Source of the DNA: Candidatus Omnitrophota bacterium
Lineage (GTDB): Bacteria > Omnitrophota > Gorgyraeia > Gygaellales > Profunditerraquicolaceae
Reading direction: 5' to 3'
DNA length: 46,276 bases
Assembly (NCBI GenBank): GCA_016867005.1
Contig: VGKM01000001.1
Span: forward strand, 1 to 46,276
In this document: positions 18,254 to 28,070 of the stretch, one piece after another
Numbering within the stretch: position 1 is the first letter of the stretch
How the letters are laid out: every line of letters starts with the position of its first letter
Notes under the pieces: model-generated
Seen by the model: only the letters and a program-made list of their open reading frames with translations
Told to the model about the DNA's origin: nothing
The model's database searches: none
Program-made: the position numbers and the translations under genes

Positions 18254-19685
18254 CTGTCAGCCTCCGCCTTAATACATCCTGTACAACTTTAGGGTTTGCT
18301 TTTCCGCCTGATTTTTTCATCAATTGCCCCACCAAAAACATTATTGCATTCGTTTTTCCTGATTTAAAATCCTGTACCGGCCCGGGATTGCCTTTAATTA
18401 CCTCATCCGCAAGTTTCTCTAAGCTGGACTCATCGGAGATCTGGAATAAGTTTTTCTCCCGTATAATCTGGGTTGCCAATTTATTTGCTTTAAGAGATTC
18501 GTTGAAAACAGACTTTGCTACAAGATTGGATATCTGTCCGTCTTCAGCCAGTTTTATCAGTTTAATGAATTCATCGTCGCCGCCAGGTATTATCAGATCC
18601 GCCGGTTCCATTTTAGATGCGGCCGCTGTTTCTAAAACAGGCCCGATGCTCCAGTTGACAACAGGTTTTTTATTCGCAGACGGGTATTTCTTGATCCTTT
18701 CTTCTGTAATATACGCAAACTTTTTATCCGAAGTCAAGACTTTGGCATCATATTCCGATAAGCCGTATTCTTTAATAAAACGCAGCATTTTCTCGGTAGG
18801 GAGTTCCGGGATCTCGTTTTTTAACCCAAGGATCTGTTCGTCGCTGACTAAGAATGGCGGCAGGTCGGGCTCGGGGAAATAGCGGTAATCCTGCGCCCCT
18901 TCTTTAGTGCGCATGGGTACGCTTACCATTGTTTTTGCGTCCCATAACCTTGTTTCCTGGGAAATTTTCTCATTTCTATTCAGGGCTTCCGACTGGCGCT
19001 TGATTTCATAATCCAACGCGTCCCTCACGCCTTTAAAGGAGTTCATATTCTTCAATTCGGTTTTTGTCCCGAGAGTTGTTTCTCCTTTAGGCCTTATTGA
19101 GACATTTGCATCACAACGCAGGGAGCCCTTTTCCATATCGCAGTCCGATACCTCCAGGTACTCAAGGATGCTTTTTAATGTAGATAAATATTCATATGCC
19201 TCTAACGGCGAATTGATGTCTGGCTCGCTTACTATTTCTAATAACGGGACTCCCGCGCGGTTAAAATCAACCAAGCTGCAGTTTTCTTTATGGATTAATT
19301 TACCCGCGTCCTCTTCCATATGGACACGGGTTATTCCTATGCGTTTTATTTTGCCTTCAACTTCTATATCAAGGTAGCCCTTGGTTGCTAAAGGCAGGTC
19401 ATATTGAGAAATTTGGTAATTCTTAGGGAGGTCCGGGTAAAAATAATTCTTACGGTCAAATTTCGTAAAATTCTGCACTTTACAATTTAATGCCAGCCCG
19501 GTTTTTATAGCGTAATCAAACGCCTTTTTGTTTAAGACAGGCAAAGAACCGGGGAACCCAAGGCATACAGGGCAGACCTGTGTGTTGGGCTGGCTTCCAA
19601 ATTCAGTAGAGCAGCCGCAAAAGGCCTTGGTCTTGGTTTTTAAATGAAGGTGTACTTCTAAGCCGATTACTGCAACGTATTCCAT
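18246..19685 (-). CDS. gatB: Asp/Glu-tRNA(Asn/Gln) amidotransferase subunit B
   Basis: IGLEVHLHLKTKTKAFCGC N-terminus and full-length GatB similarity. gatC-gatA-gatB operon order. Confidence 0.95.
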   Translation of the reverse strand: MEYVAVIGLEVHLHLKTKTKAFCGCSTEFGSQPNTQVCPVCLGFPGSLPVLNKKAFDYAIKTGLALNCKVQNFTKFDRKNYFYPDLPKNYQISQYDLPLATKGYLDIEVEGKIKRIGITRVHMEEDAGKLIHKENCSLVDFNRAGVPLLEIVSEPDINSPLEAYEYLSTLKSILEYLEVSDCDMEKGSLRCDANVSIRPKGETTLGTKTELKNMNSFKGVRDALDYEIKRQSEALNRNEKISQETRLWDAKTMVSVPMRTKEGAQDYRYFPEPDLPPFLVSDEQILGLKNEIPELPTEKMLRFIKEYGLSEYDAKVLTSDKKFAYITEERIKKYPSANKKPVVNWSIGPVLETAAASKMEPADLIIPGGDDEFIKLIKLAEDGQISNLVAKSVFNESLKANKLATQIIREKNLFQISDESSLEKLADEVIKGNPGPVQDFKSGKTNAIMFLVGQLMKKSGGKANPKVVQDVLRRRLTDV

Positions 19686-21103
19686 TAAATTTCGGGCCTC
19701 ATTTTATGCCAGGGCGTATTTTGTTCATAGGCATGGGCTATGCGTAAAAGAAGCCCCTCGTCAAACGGTTTAGCCAGTATCTGCAGGCCCACAGGCAACC
19801 CTGCTTTTGTAAAACCGCAAGGAATTGATATTGCAGGGATGCCCGCAAGGTTGGCAGAGATTGTAAAAATATCCGATAAATACATTTTTAGAGGGTCAGT
19901 TGTTTTTTCTCCGGCTTTAAATGCCGCGGTCGGAGAAGTCGGCGTTACGATACAATCAAATTCTTTAAAGACATTATCAAAGTCATTTTTGATTAATGTC
20001 CTTACTTTTAAAGCCCTCAGGTAATAAGCGTCATAATAACCGTGTGACAATGCAAATGTGCCAAGGATTATCCTTCTCTTTGCTTCTTCGCCAAATCCTT
20101 CTTCGCGGGTCCTTTTGTATAAATCTATCAGGCCTTCGGGGCCATTGCTGCGCCAGCCGTATTGCACTCCGTCGAACCTGGCGAGATTGGAACTTGCTTC
20201 AGCAGTCGCGATTATATAATAAACGGGTACTGCATATTCGGTATGAGGAAGGGAAACTTCTTTGTTTGCCGCTCCGATGGCCCGGAGCTTATTAACTGCT
20301 TCTTCGATAATATTTTTAATTTCCGGGTCTATGCCTGAGACAAAATATTCTTTTGGGATGCCGACTTTTATTCCTTTAATATCTCCTGTTAAGGATTTTG
20401 TGTAATCAGGCACTTCTGCATTTACTGAAGTAGAATCAAGGGGGTCGTAACCGGAAATTGCATTTAAAAGTATTGCAGAGTCCCGGGTATCTTTTGTGAT
20501 CGGGCCTATCTGATCAAGGCTTGAAGCAAAGGCGATCAGTCCGTAGCGGGAGACCCTGCCATATGTCGGTTTCATTCCGACTACTCCGCAAAAACTAGCG
20601 GGCTGCCTGATCGAGCCACCTGTGTCAGAGCCCAGGGCCATTATTGCTTCATCTGCAGCTACTGCTGCAGCAGAACCGCCTGAGGAGCCGCCGGGCACAC
20701 AATCGGTATCCCAGGGGTTATTGGTCCTTCCAAAGCAGGAATTCTCAGTTGAAGAACCAAAAGCAAATTCGTCCATATTGGTTTTTACCGGCAGTGCCAT
20801 AAAACCGGCGCCGGACAATTTGTCTATTACGGTTGCGTTATAAGGCGGATTAAAGCCCTGCAGGATTTTTGAGCAGCATTCTGTAAGAACGCCCTTTGTG
20901 CAGATATTATCTTTTATAGATACGGGTATTCCCGCAGGAAGCTCATTTTGCCCGGCAAAGCCGTTAAATCGCACATAGGCCTTTACTTTTGGATCTATTG
21001 ATTTGATCCTTGATTCAATCGCAGCAACAACATCCGTATGCGTAAAAGCTTTTTCATTTAATTTAACTGATAATTCATGTGAGGTTAACTTATAGATTTC
21101 CAT
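19685..21103 (-). CDS. gatA: Glu-tRNA(Gln) amidotransferase subunit A
   Basis: Amidase signature [13 protein letters not shown]...[12 protein letters not shown]. Confidence 0.95.
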   Translation of the reverse strand: MEIYKLTSHELSVKLNEKAFTHTDVVAAIESRIKSIDPKVKAYVRFNGFAGQNELPAGIPVSIKDNICTKGVLTECCSKILQGFNPPYNATVIDKLSGAGFMALPVKTNMDEFAFGSSTENSCFGRTNNPWDTDCVPGGSSGGSAAAVAADEAIMALGSDTGGSIRQPASFCGVVGMKPTYGRVSRYGLIAFASSLDQIGPITKDTRDSAILLNAISGYDPLDSTSVNAEVPDYTKSLTGDIKGIKVGIPKEYFVSGIDPEIKNIIEEAVNKLRAIGAANKEVSLPHTEYAVPVYYIIATAEASSNLARFDGVQYGWRSNGPEGLIDLYKRTREEGFGEEAKRRIILGTFALSHGYYDAYYLRALKVRTLIKNDFDNVFKEFDCIVTPTSPTAAFKAGEKTTDPLKMYLSDIFTISANLAGIPAISIPCGFTKAGLPVGLQILAKPFDEGLLLRIAHAYEQNTPWHKMRPEI

Positions 21104-21111
21104 ACCGGCAA

Positions 21112-21399
21112 TTATTCGATTACCTTTGGCACGCCAAAGAATTTATCATTTTTTTGAGGGGCGTTCTTCAGTGTTTCTTCCAGGGGTAAAGATTCAGAAA
21201 GGGTATCTTCTCTAAAGACATTATTTAGAGGCAGAATATGGCTGGCAGCATTTACGTCTTTAACGTCAAGCTCTTTCAGCTTGTCGATAAAATCTAATAT
21301 GCTTTTTAGCTGGACAGCTAATTTATCTAACTCTTTATCGCACAAATCAATACGCGCTAAGTGCGAAACATGTTTTACTGTATTTTTAGTTATATCCAT
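21112..21399 (-). CDS. gatC: Asp/Glu-tRNA amidotransferase subunit C
   Basis: [12 protein letters not shown]...[11 protein letters not shown] pattern of GatC. The ATG at 21399 (MDITKN...) is preferred over the longer track ORF. Confidence 0.9.
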   Translation of the reverse strand: MDITKNTVKHVSHLARIDLCDKELDKLAVQLKSILDFIDKLKELDVKDVNAASHILPLNNVFREDTLSESLPLEETLKNAPQKNDKFFGVPKVIE

Positions 21400-21485
21400 A
21401 TTATTATTAATTTTGTTAATTTTACCACCGTAATGGGTAAAAGTCAAAGAAATTTACGGCAGGAAGGAAGGACGCTGCAAAAGGT

Positions 21486-22088
21486 CTAACTATTTATCAG
21501 CTTGAGGATTGAATTAGACAGGCTTGTCTCATCAAGGTCGATTTTATTGCCGTTTTCCTCAAATTCAATCAACAAGTCCACCAATTCAGATAAAATCTGG
21601 GCGCGGGACAGTTTATAGCCGCGATGGAACATGGCATCCTTGCCTAATTTGTCGAGAAAGTCGATCTGCTGCCTTGAAAGAAAGGCTACTGTCCTCACCT
21701 TATCTTTTAAAGGGAATGTTTCTTTGGCTAGTTTATTAATGGCTTTTACAAGTTCGCCTGTTTTTACGGGTTTTGAAATAAAATGGCCGTTTTCAATTAA
21801 TCCTTTATGTTTTCCCAGCTCATCTTCTTTTATTATAGCGCTTAAGAAAATTATAGGGATGTTTTTCAGGTCTTTGCTTCTTTTTAAGTCCGTCAAAACG
21901 TCAATTCCGGTTTTCCCGGGCATCATTATATCCAAAAGGATGATATCGGGGCAGATGTCTTTAGCCATGCCGAGGGCTGTTCTGCTGTCATAACAAATAC
22001 TGACGTTAAAATCTCCTTCAGCTTCCAGGTTCTTTTTTATAAAAAAACAGAAATCTTTTTCATCGTCAACAACAAGGATCTTTTTCAT
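21486..22088 (-). CDS. Response regulator: receiver domain plus atypical C-terminal ribbon-helix-helix-like domain
   Basis: REC motifs (VVDDE..., phospho-acceptor LLDIMMPG, conserved K in ISKPV). The C-terminal ~70 aa (VRTVAFLSRQQIDFLDKLGKD...LSRAQILSELVDLL) looks like a CopG/RHH strand-helix-helix, not a winged helix. Confidence 0.75.
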   Translation of the reverse strand: MKKILVVDDEKDFCFFIKKNLEAEGDFNVSICYDSRTALGMAKDICPDIILLDIMMPGKTGIDVLTDLKRSKDLKNIPIIFLSAIIKEDELGKHKGLIENGHFISKPVKTGELVKAINKLAKETFPLKDKVRTVAFLSRQQIDFLDKLGKDAMFHRGYKLSRAQILSELVDLLIEFEENGNKIDLDETSLSNSILKLINS

Positions 22089-22105
22089 AGAATGATGCCC
22101 CTTTT

Positions 22106-24655
22106 TTATGCCGGCGGAACCGGCAAAATGATTTTTACTACGGTGCCTTTTCCTGGCCCGCTGTCAATAGATATGCTGCCCTTATGTTTATCAATAATCA
22201 TTTTAGCTACGGGAAGCCCGAGCCCTGTCCCCTTTTTTGCTGTTTTTGTGGTATAAAACGGTTCAAAAACTTTGGAAAGGTCGTCTTTTGGTATGCCTTC
22301 TCCGTTATCAGAGATTTCAATTACGCATTGCGACTCACCCAAAAGCGAAAGTTCATCTTTATTTATGTAGGCGCGGACATTGATTTCACCTCCGTTTGGC
22401 ATGGCCTCAATTGAATTTACAAAGATGTTTATCAGTACCTGAAAAAGCTGGCTCCTGTCGACTTCGACATAAAGATTCTTTTCAATATCAACCTTTACCT
22501 TTAACCCGCCGGCATCAAGGGAATATTTAAGCAAGGATAGCGGGTCGGCAATTAATTCGCTAACCGAGGTTTTCTGGATCTTGAGCCCTGAGGGCCTGGC
22601 TGCTTTTAGTAAGTCCTCAAGGGTATTGCTTGCCCTTAAAGCAGCTTCTTTGACTTTAAGTATTGCCGTTTTGGTTTCTGTATCCGACTTGTCCATTTTT
22701 CTCTGCAAAAATTCAATTCCGCTTATGATTATACCCAGCGGGTTCTTTACTTCGTGGGCGATACTTGAGGAAAACCTTCCTAATGCAGCCAATTTCTCCG
22801 ATTGCACAAGGTCGTCGTGCGCTTTTTTTAAGCGCTCTTCCGCGTGTTTACGCTCGGTAATATCCTCGAAGCTTTCTATCCCGCCGATTATCTTTCCTTT
22901 TGCATCATGGAGGTAATCGACATTTTTTATAACTACGCGTTTTTCCCCGTCTTTTCTGATGATAACACACTCACGGGACATAATAGGTTTCTCAACATCC
23001 ATATCATAGAGGCCGCAATTTTCTCTGCACGGGGTTTCGGCAAACATAAAACAATCTTTACCCAGGACATCACTAAGAGAGTATCCAGTGATTTCCGCCG
23101 CCTTGTCGTTCCAATTAGTAATTTTTTTATCAAGGTCAACTGTGAATATCGCGCTTGGGATTACCCGGTAAAGAAGTTCAGCAAATTCTTTGGCTTCTTT
23201 CAGGGATTCTTCCTGAAGGTTGCGTTCGGTAATATCGGTATCGGCCCCGCGATAACCCAGCAATCCCCCGTTTTTATTAACAATTGGCACGGCGTTTGTT
23301 TCTAAAATAACGATATTGCCGTTTTTATGCAGGCACTTATTGACAAACCTTCTGAAGATAACTTTTTTTTCGATATTTTCGAATATTTCTTCCATCAGGC
23401 GCTTTTTATCTTCAGGAGGGAAAATGTCATAAAAATGTAATTTGTTGACCAGTTCTTCCGGTTTGTAGCCCAATATATTCTCTACTGCAGGGCTTGCATA
23501 AGTATAAAGCCCCTTCTCATTTACATCCCAGATAAATTCTTTGGAGATCTTGGTAATCTGATTAAACCTGTCTTCGCTTTCACTCAGGGAGTTCTTGATC
23601 ATTTCCCGTTCTTCTTCAATGCTTAGGGCTTTTGCAAGTATTGACAGCAATTCCAGCTCGTATGGCTTGAATTCCCTGTCTTCCGTAAAGACAACGCATA
23701 GCGAACCGATAGATTCATTTTTTAATTTAACTGCATGGCCGATATATGTTTTAAGGCCGAATTTCTTCACATTGGGATCCGTCCGGAAATATCGTGAATT
23801 CTGTAAATTTCTTACTACTTGAGGCGTATTATCGGCATTAGAAATAATATCAAAGCATAAATGGCCCCGGGGTTTATCTTTTTTTTGCAGGTCCTCCGGG
23901 GCATTCCAATCGCAGATGGTGCAGAGAAAGTCCTCCTGAAGGCGGTTATAGAGCGCGCAATCCCCGCGCAAAAGTAATCCTGCTGCCTTTACCAGTAAGG
24001 CGATGTTTTTTTTCGGGTCAGGCCCGAATTGGACAAGAGAATTATTCAGCTCAAGGATAGTATCAAATGCGCGTTTTTGTTCGGTAATATCATCGACCAT
24101 CTCGATTGCCGCAATGATCTTTCCTTCTTTGTCTTTTAAAGGGGTAGAAACAATCCTGTAGTTCCTGATCTCGTCAAAAAAAGGAGTCTGGGTGATGGAT
24201 TCGTGTACGAGCCCGTCTTTTAAGGTTTTGGCCGTGGGGCAGTAGGTGCAGATAGTTTTTCTTGAAGGGTTATTAAAAGATTTATAGCATATGGGCCGTT
24301 TTGATTCATTTATTGTCGGAAACCAGGCCCGCATCTGTTTATTAAGAGCAATGATTTCCATTTCCGGGCTGATCAGGGAAACCCCTATGCCGATATTGTC
24401 TAGGACTGACCTGTATTTATCTTCGGATTTTCTTAAGGCCTCTTCTACGCGTTTCCTGCCGGCAATATCATTTATAAGCTGTTGGCTGATTGCCTTAGCT
24501 TCAAAGGTGCGTTCTTGGACAAGCTGTTCAAGGTCTTTGATCTTTTTCTTAAGTTTATCGATATTGCCGGAAGCTTTCTTTGCAGGGGGAGTTTTAGGAG
24601 GTTTTTTAGTAATCATTCTGCCCCAAAAACTTGGGGCCCTTTTCTTCTGACCCAT
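22106..24655 (-). CDS. Cytoplasmic multi-PAS/GAF sensor histidine kinase
   Basis: No TM helix. Coiled-coil N-terminus, several PAS-like segments, a GAF-like segment, H-box SIAHEVKNPL, N-box NIFVNSIEAM, G1 DNGEGIP, G2 GTGLGLPV. Confidence 0.85.
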   Translation of the reverse strand: MGQKKRAPSFWGRMITKKPPKTPPAKKASGNIDKLKKKIKDLEQLVQERTFEAKAISQQLINDIAGRKRVEEALRKSEDKYRSVLDNIGIGVSLISPEMEIIALNKQMRAWFPTINESKRPICYKSFNNPSRKTICTYCPTAKTLKDGLVHESITQTPFFDEIRNYRIVSTPLKDKEGKIIAAIEMVDDITEQKRAFDTILELNNSLVQFGPDPKKNIALLVKAAGLLLRGDCALYNRLQEDFLCTICDWNAPEDLQKKDKPRGHLCFDIISNADNTPQVVRNLQNSRYFRTDPNVKKFGLKTYIGHAVKLKNESIGSLCVVFTEDREFKPYELELLSILAKALSIEEEREMIKNSLSESEDRFNQITKISKEFIWDVNEKGLYTYASPAVENILGYKPEELVNKLHFYDIFPPEDKKRLMEEIFENIEKKVIFRRFVNKCLHKNGNIVILETNAVPIVNKNGGLLGYRGADTDITERNLQEESLKEAKEFAELLYRVIPSAIFTVDLDKKITNWNDKAAEITGYSLSDVLGKDCFMFAETPCRENCGLYDMDVEKPIMSRECVIIRKDGEKRVVIKNVDYLHDAKGKIIGGIESFEDITERKHAEERLKKAHDDLVQSEKLAALGRFSSSIAHEVKNPLGIIISGIEFLQRKMDKSDTETKTAILKVKEAALRASNTLEDLLKAARPSGLKIQKTSVSELIADPLSLLKYSLDAGGLKVKVDIEKNLYVEVDRSQLFQVLINIFVNSIEAMPNGGEINVRAYINKDELSLLGESQCVIEISDNGEGIPKDDLSKVFEPFYTTKTAKKGTGLGLPVAKMIIDKHKGSISIDSGPGKGTVVKIILPVPPA

Positions 24656-24704
24656 GATTTAATATTATACCGCTGGTTTCATAGGTGTCAATTACAGAAA
24701 TTTG

Positions 24705-24733
24705 TAGACAAAGCCCTGAAAAGCCGGTAAAAT
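24705..24733 (+). promoter_or_regulatory. Sigma70-like promoter for the 1077-aa gene
   Basis: TAGACA (24705-24710), 17-nt spacer, TAAAAT (24728-24733). AGGAG Shine-Dalgarno at 24747-24751, 5 nt before the ATG at 24757. Confidence 0.45.
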
Positions 24734-24756
24734 AGAAAAACTAATCAGGAGTAAAT

Positions 24757-27700
24757 ATGAATTCAACTAAGATAAGAAGGCCGCCAAAGTACTATCTTGG
24801 TGCTGATGGCAAATTTGTGATTGAGCAGTATAATTACGCAAAGCCATTCGCGGATTTTTTCCCTGGGATTGCCGGTAAGTACGGTATACCGATGTGGGCA
24901 TTTTTTGTAAACCGCGGGCAAGCTATAGCAAGTTTCGGGATAAAAGACAAAGACCATGCGATTTCGGAATTCTATCCGGCTAATAAGTCATGGCAGCAGG
25001 CGCCTCTTTCGGGTTTCAGGACTTTTATAAAAATGACCTGCAGTAAAAAACCTGTTTTTTACGAGCCATTCCATAACGGGTTTTCTAACCTTGGATTTGA
25101 CATCTCAAACGCTATGTCGATTACTTCCTATGATCTTTCTCTCGAAGAAACAAATGCCACCCTGGGGTTAAAAACCGAAATCCGGTATTTTACCGTACCG
25201 GGAGATTCTTTTGCCGCTTTGGCAAGGATAATTACGCTTAAAAATACATCAAAGGCAGCTAAAAAAATACAGCTCATCGACGGTTTGCCCCAAATAATAC
25301 CTTTTGGGATGAATAATTTTCTGGTCAAGGAGCTCGGCCGCACCCTTGAGGCATGGATGGCTGTCCACAACCTTGAGAAAATGTGCCCTTTTTTTAAACT
25401 GGCGGTAGACCCCAAGGACACGCCTGAGGTGGTCCACATAGATGAAGGCAATTTTTATCTCGGTTTTCATTTTAAAAAAGAAAAGCCGGAAATATTGAAA
25501 CCGATTGTTGACCCTGATAAGGTCTTCGGCCCGGTTACTGATTTAACTTGCCCCTATGTGTTTATTGAAAATGATAAATTTGTGTTTCCCTCCGGCCAGA
25601 TGCTGCAGAATAAGACCCCCTGCGGCTTTATTTTCTCCGAAGCCATGCTTGCTCCTCAAAAGGAAAAAACATTTTATTCTCTTGTAGGGTATACCAGGGA
25701 TAAAAAAGAGTTGAGCAGGCTGACAAGCCGGGTTACTAAAATCGGTTACCTGGCAAAAAAAAGCGAAGAAAATAAATTATTGATTGAGGCGTTGCAGAGC
25801 GATATCCATACCGAAAGCAGTTCTTCAAAGTTTGACCTTTACGCTAAACAGACCTATCTTGACAATATTCTGCGCGGCGGATACCCCGTAACTTTTCCTC
25901 CCAGCAGCGCTGTTTTTCATTTGTATTCCAGGAAGCACGGAGACCTGGAAAGGGACTATAACCGTTTTGTGCTTGCGGCGACTTATTTTTCACAAGGTAA
26001 CGGCAGTTACCGGGATGTAAATCAGAACCGGCGGCTTGATGTATGGTTTAATCCCGAAGCAGGCGAAGAAAATATTTTAACTTTCTTAAATTTAATACAG
26101 CTGGACGGGTTTAACCCTTTAGTCGTTAAGGGAGCGAGTTTTTCTTTGGCTGACGAAGCAGGGTTCAGGGCAGCGTTCGGCAACTTGCTAAATGAAAAAG
26201 ATATTATAAAAATCATCGGTTTTCTCATGAAGCCGTTTACTCCTGGCGAAGTAGTGCTGTTCATACGGGAAAATAACATCAGGATTAACTGTTCTTTAGA
26301 TGAATTCCTTGGGAAACTCCTGTCGCATTGTAAAAAAAATCATGAAGCTGAGCATGGAGAAGGTTTCTGGACCGACCATTGGACATATAACCTAGATTTG
26401 CTAGAAAACTATTTTGCGATATATCCTGAAAAAATTCAAGATACCGCGTTTAGTAGAAAAGATTTTACCTATTTTGATAACAGTGAAATTGTAAAACCCC
26501 GTTCTGAGAAATACCAGCTTTATAACGGCCTGCCGCGGCAGTTACATTCAATCACAGTTGATAGCCATAAAAAAGAGATGCTTAGGAAGCGGGCGCATCT
26601 TGTGCATACCGTAAGAAGGAATTTCGGGGAAGGCCAGATCTATAAAACCAATTTGTTCAATAAATTGGTTTGCCTGGCTTTGAATAAGGCCTCTTCTCTT
26701 GACCCTTTTGGGGTAGGGATTGAGATGGAAGCAAATAAGCCCAATTGGTATGATGCCTTAAATGGCCTGCCTGCTTTGTTCGGGTCGTCAAGCTCGGAAA
26801 CATTTGAATTAAAAAGGTTGTTACTCCTCTTAAAATCAATGTTGTCCGGTTCAGGTACCGGCGAGTTGAGCATCACAGAAGAACTATCGGATTTTCTGTT
26901 TGACCTAAAGAGATTGCTCAAAGAATGGCAGGATAATAAAAATGATGCAGGTGATTTTGAATACTGGGATAAGTCAGCATCCATAAAAGAATCATTCAGG
27001 AAAAGGACATTATTCGGGGTCAGCGGCAATGACCGCGCGGTGCAAACCAAAGAAATCGAAGAATTCCTGGATTGCGCCCTGGAAAAAGTTGAATACGGTA
27101 TAGCCAAGGCATGGGATTCCGGCAAAAACCTGTACTATACGTATTTTATAAATGAAGTTGCCGAATTCGAACCGCTTGCTTCTCCTTATTTTAGGCCGAA
27201 GAAATTCCGGCAAAAACCGCTTCCTTTTTTTCTGGAATCTCAAATGCATGCTTTAAGGGTAGCTGATAATATCGGCGATGCCAAACAACTGTATGAGTCA
27301 GTCAGAAAAAGCAGCCTTTTTGATAAGAAAATTAAAAATTATAAAGTAAATACCTCTTTAAAAGGCATGCCTGAAGAGATAGGAAGATGCAGGGTGTTTA
27401 CCCCGGGTTGGCTGGAAAATGAATCAATCTGGCTGCACATGGAATATAAATATATGCTAGAAATCCTTAAGCTTGGTTTGTTTGATGAATTTTACCGTGA
27501 TTTTAAGAATGTCCTCGTGCCTTTTAAAGACGCGGCTGTTTACGGCCGCAGCATATTAGAGAATTCTTCTTTCATAGTAAGCAGTGTTTACCCCGATAAA
27601 AACCTGCATGGGAATGGTTTTGTCGCGCGTCTTTCCGGCTCCACTGCCGAATTTCTGCAAATCTGGGCTATAATGAATGCCGGCAGGACGCCTTTCTTTG

Positions 27701-27990
27701 TTGATGATAAGAAGAAATTAAACCTGGAATTTTCTCCTGCTTTGCCCGGGTGGCTATTTAACCGCCAGGATAAAACCTATAAATTTAATTTTCTCGGAAA
27801 AGTCAAAGTTATATATCATAATCCGTCTTTTAAGAATACTTTCGGTAAGAATTGCCCTAAGATCAGATCAATCGCCTTTAAAGACAAGGATAATAAGCCG
27901 GTTTATTTAAAATCAAGCTTCATCCCTCCCCCTTTCTCCGAGCAGGTCAGGTCCCGCCTTATAAAACAAATCGATATTTATCTGGATTAG
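24757..27990 (+). CDS. Large uncharacterised protein (1077 aa), possibly a distant GH94-like (alpha/alpha)6 glycoside phosphorylase/hydrolase
   Basis: Long clean ORF with a good Shine-Dalgarno and promoter, so coding is near certain. Function is weak: YRDVNQNRR (26008-26034) resembles the GH94 FRDSNQD loop, and GWLENESIWLHMEYKY (27406-27453) resembles barrel helices. No signal peptide. Confidence 0.55.
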   Translation: MNSTKIRRPPKYYLGADGKFVIEQYNYAKPFADFFPGIAGKYGIPMWAFFVNRGQAIASFGIKDKDHAISEFYPANKSWQQAPLSGFRTFIKMTCSKKPVFYEPFHNGFSNLGFDISNAMSITSYDLSLEETNATLGLKTEIRYFTVPGDSFAALARIITLKNTSKAAKKIQLIDGLPQIIPFGMNNFLVKELGRTLEAWMAVHNLEKMCPFFKLAVDPKDTPEVVHIDEGNFYLGFHFKKEKPEILKPIVDPDKVFGPVTDLTCPYVFIENDKFVFPSGQMLQNKTPCGFIFSEAMLAPQKEKTFYSLVGYTRDKKELSRLTSRVTKIGYLAKKSEENKLLIEALQSDIHTESSSSKFDLYAKQTYLDNILRGGYPVTFPPSSAVFHLYSRKHGDLERDYNRFVLAATYFSQGNGSYRDVNQNRRLDVWFNPEAGEENILTFLNLIQLDGFNPLVVKGASFSLADEAGFRAAFGNLLNEKDIIKIIGFLMKPFTPGEVVLFIRENNIRINCSLDEFLGKLLSHCKKNHEAEHGEGFWTDHWTYNLDLLENYFAIYPEKIQDTAFSRKDFTYFDNSEIVKPRSEKYQLYNGLPRQLHSITVDSHKKEMLRKRAHLVHTVRRNFGEGQIYKTNLFNKLVCLALNKASSLDPFGVGIEMEANKPNWYDALNGLPALFGSSSSETFELKRLLLLLKSMLSGSGTGELSITEELSDFLFDLKRLLKEWQDNKNDAGDFEYWDKSASIKESFRKRTLFGVSGNDRAVQTKEIEEFLDCALEKVEYGIAKAWDSGKNLYYTYFINEVAEFEPLASPYFRPKKFRQKPLPFFLESQMHALRVADNIGDAKQLYESVRKSSLFDKKIKNYKVNTSLKGMPEEIGRCRVFTPGWLENESIWLHMEYKYMLEILKLGLFDEFYRDFKNVLVPFKDAAVYGRSILENSSFIVSSVYPDKNLHGNGFVARLSGSTAEFLQIWAIMNAGRTPFFVDDKKKLNLEFSPALPGWLFNRQDKTYKFNFLGKVKVIYHNPSFKNTFGKNCPKIRSIAFKDKDNKPVYLKSSFIPPPFSEQVRSRLIKQIDIYLD

Positions 27991-28002
27991 TTAATAATAC
28001 TA

Positions 28003-28050
28003 AACCTCGTAGGTTTGGTTGAATTGTTTTCATTCTTAACCTACGAGGTT
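28003..28050. terminator. Perfect 13-bp inverted repeat between convergent genes (likely bidirectional terminator)
   Basis: AACCTCGTAGGTT (28003-28015) and AACCTACGAGGTT (28038-28050) with a 22-nt loop. T-rich tract only on the minus-strand side. Confidence 0.5.
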
Positions 28051-28070
28051 GAGAAGGTAGGAAATATTAT

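Noticed and set aside
25128-27249. Several minus-strand ORFs (25128-25451, 26022-26279, 26640-27125, 27010-27249) within the 1077-aa gene
   Set aside because: All are embedded antisense in one uninterrupted 3.2-kb plus-strand frame that has its own promoter and Shine-Dalgarno. None has a start context or motif.
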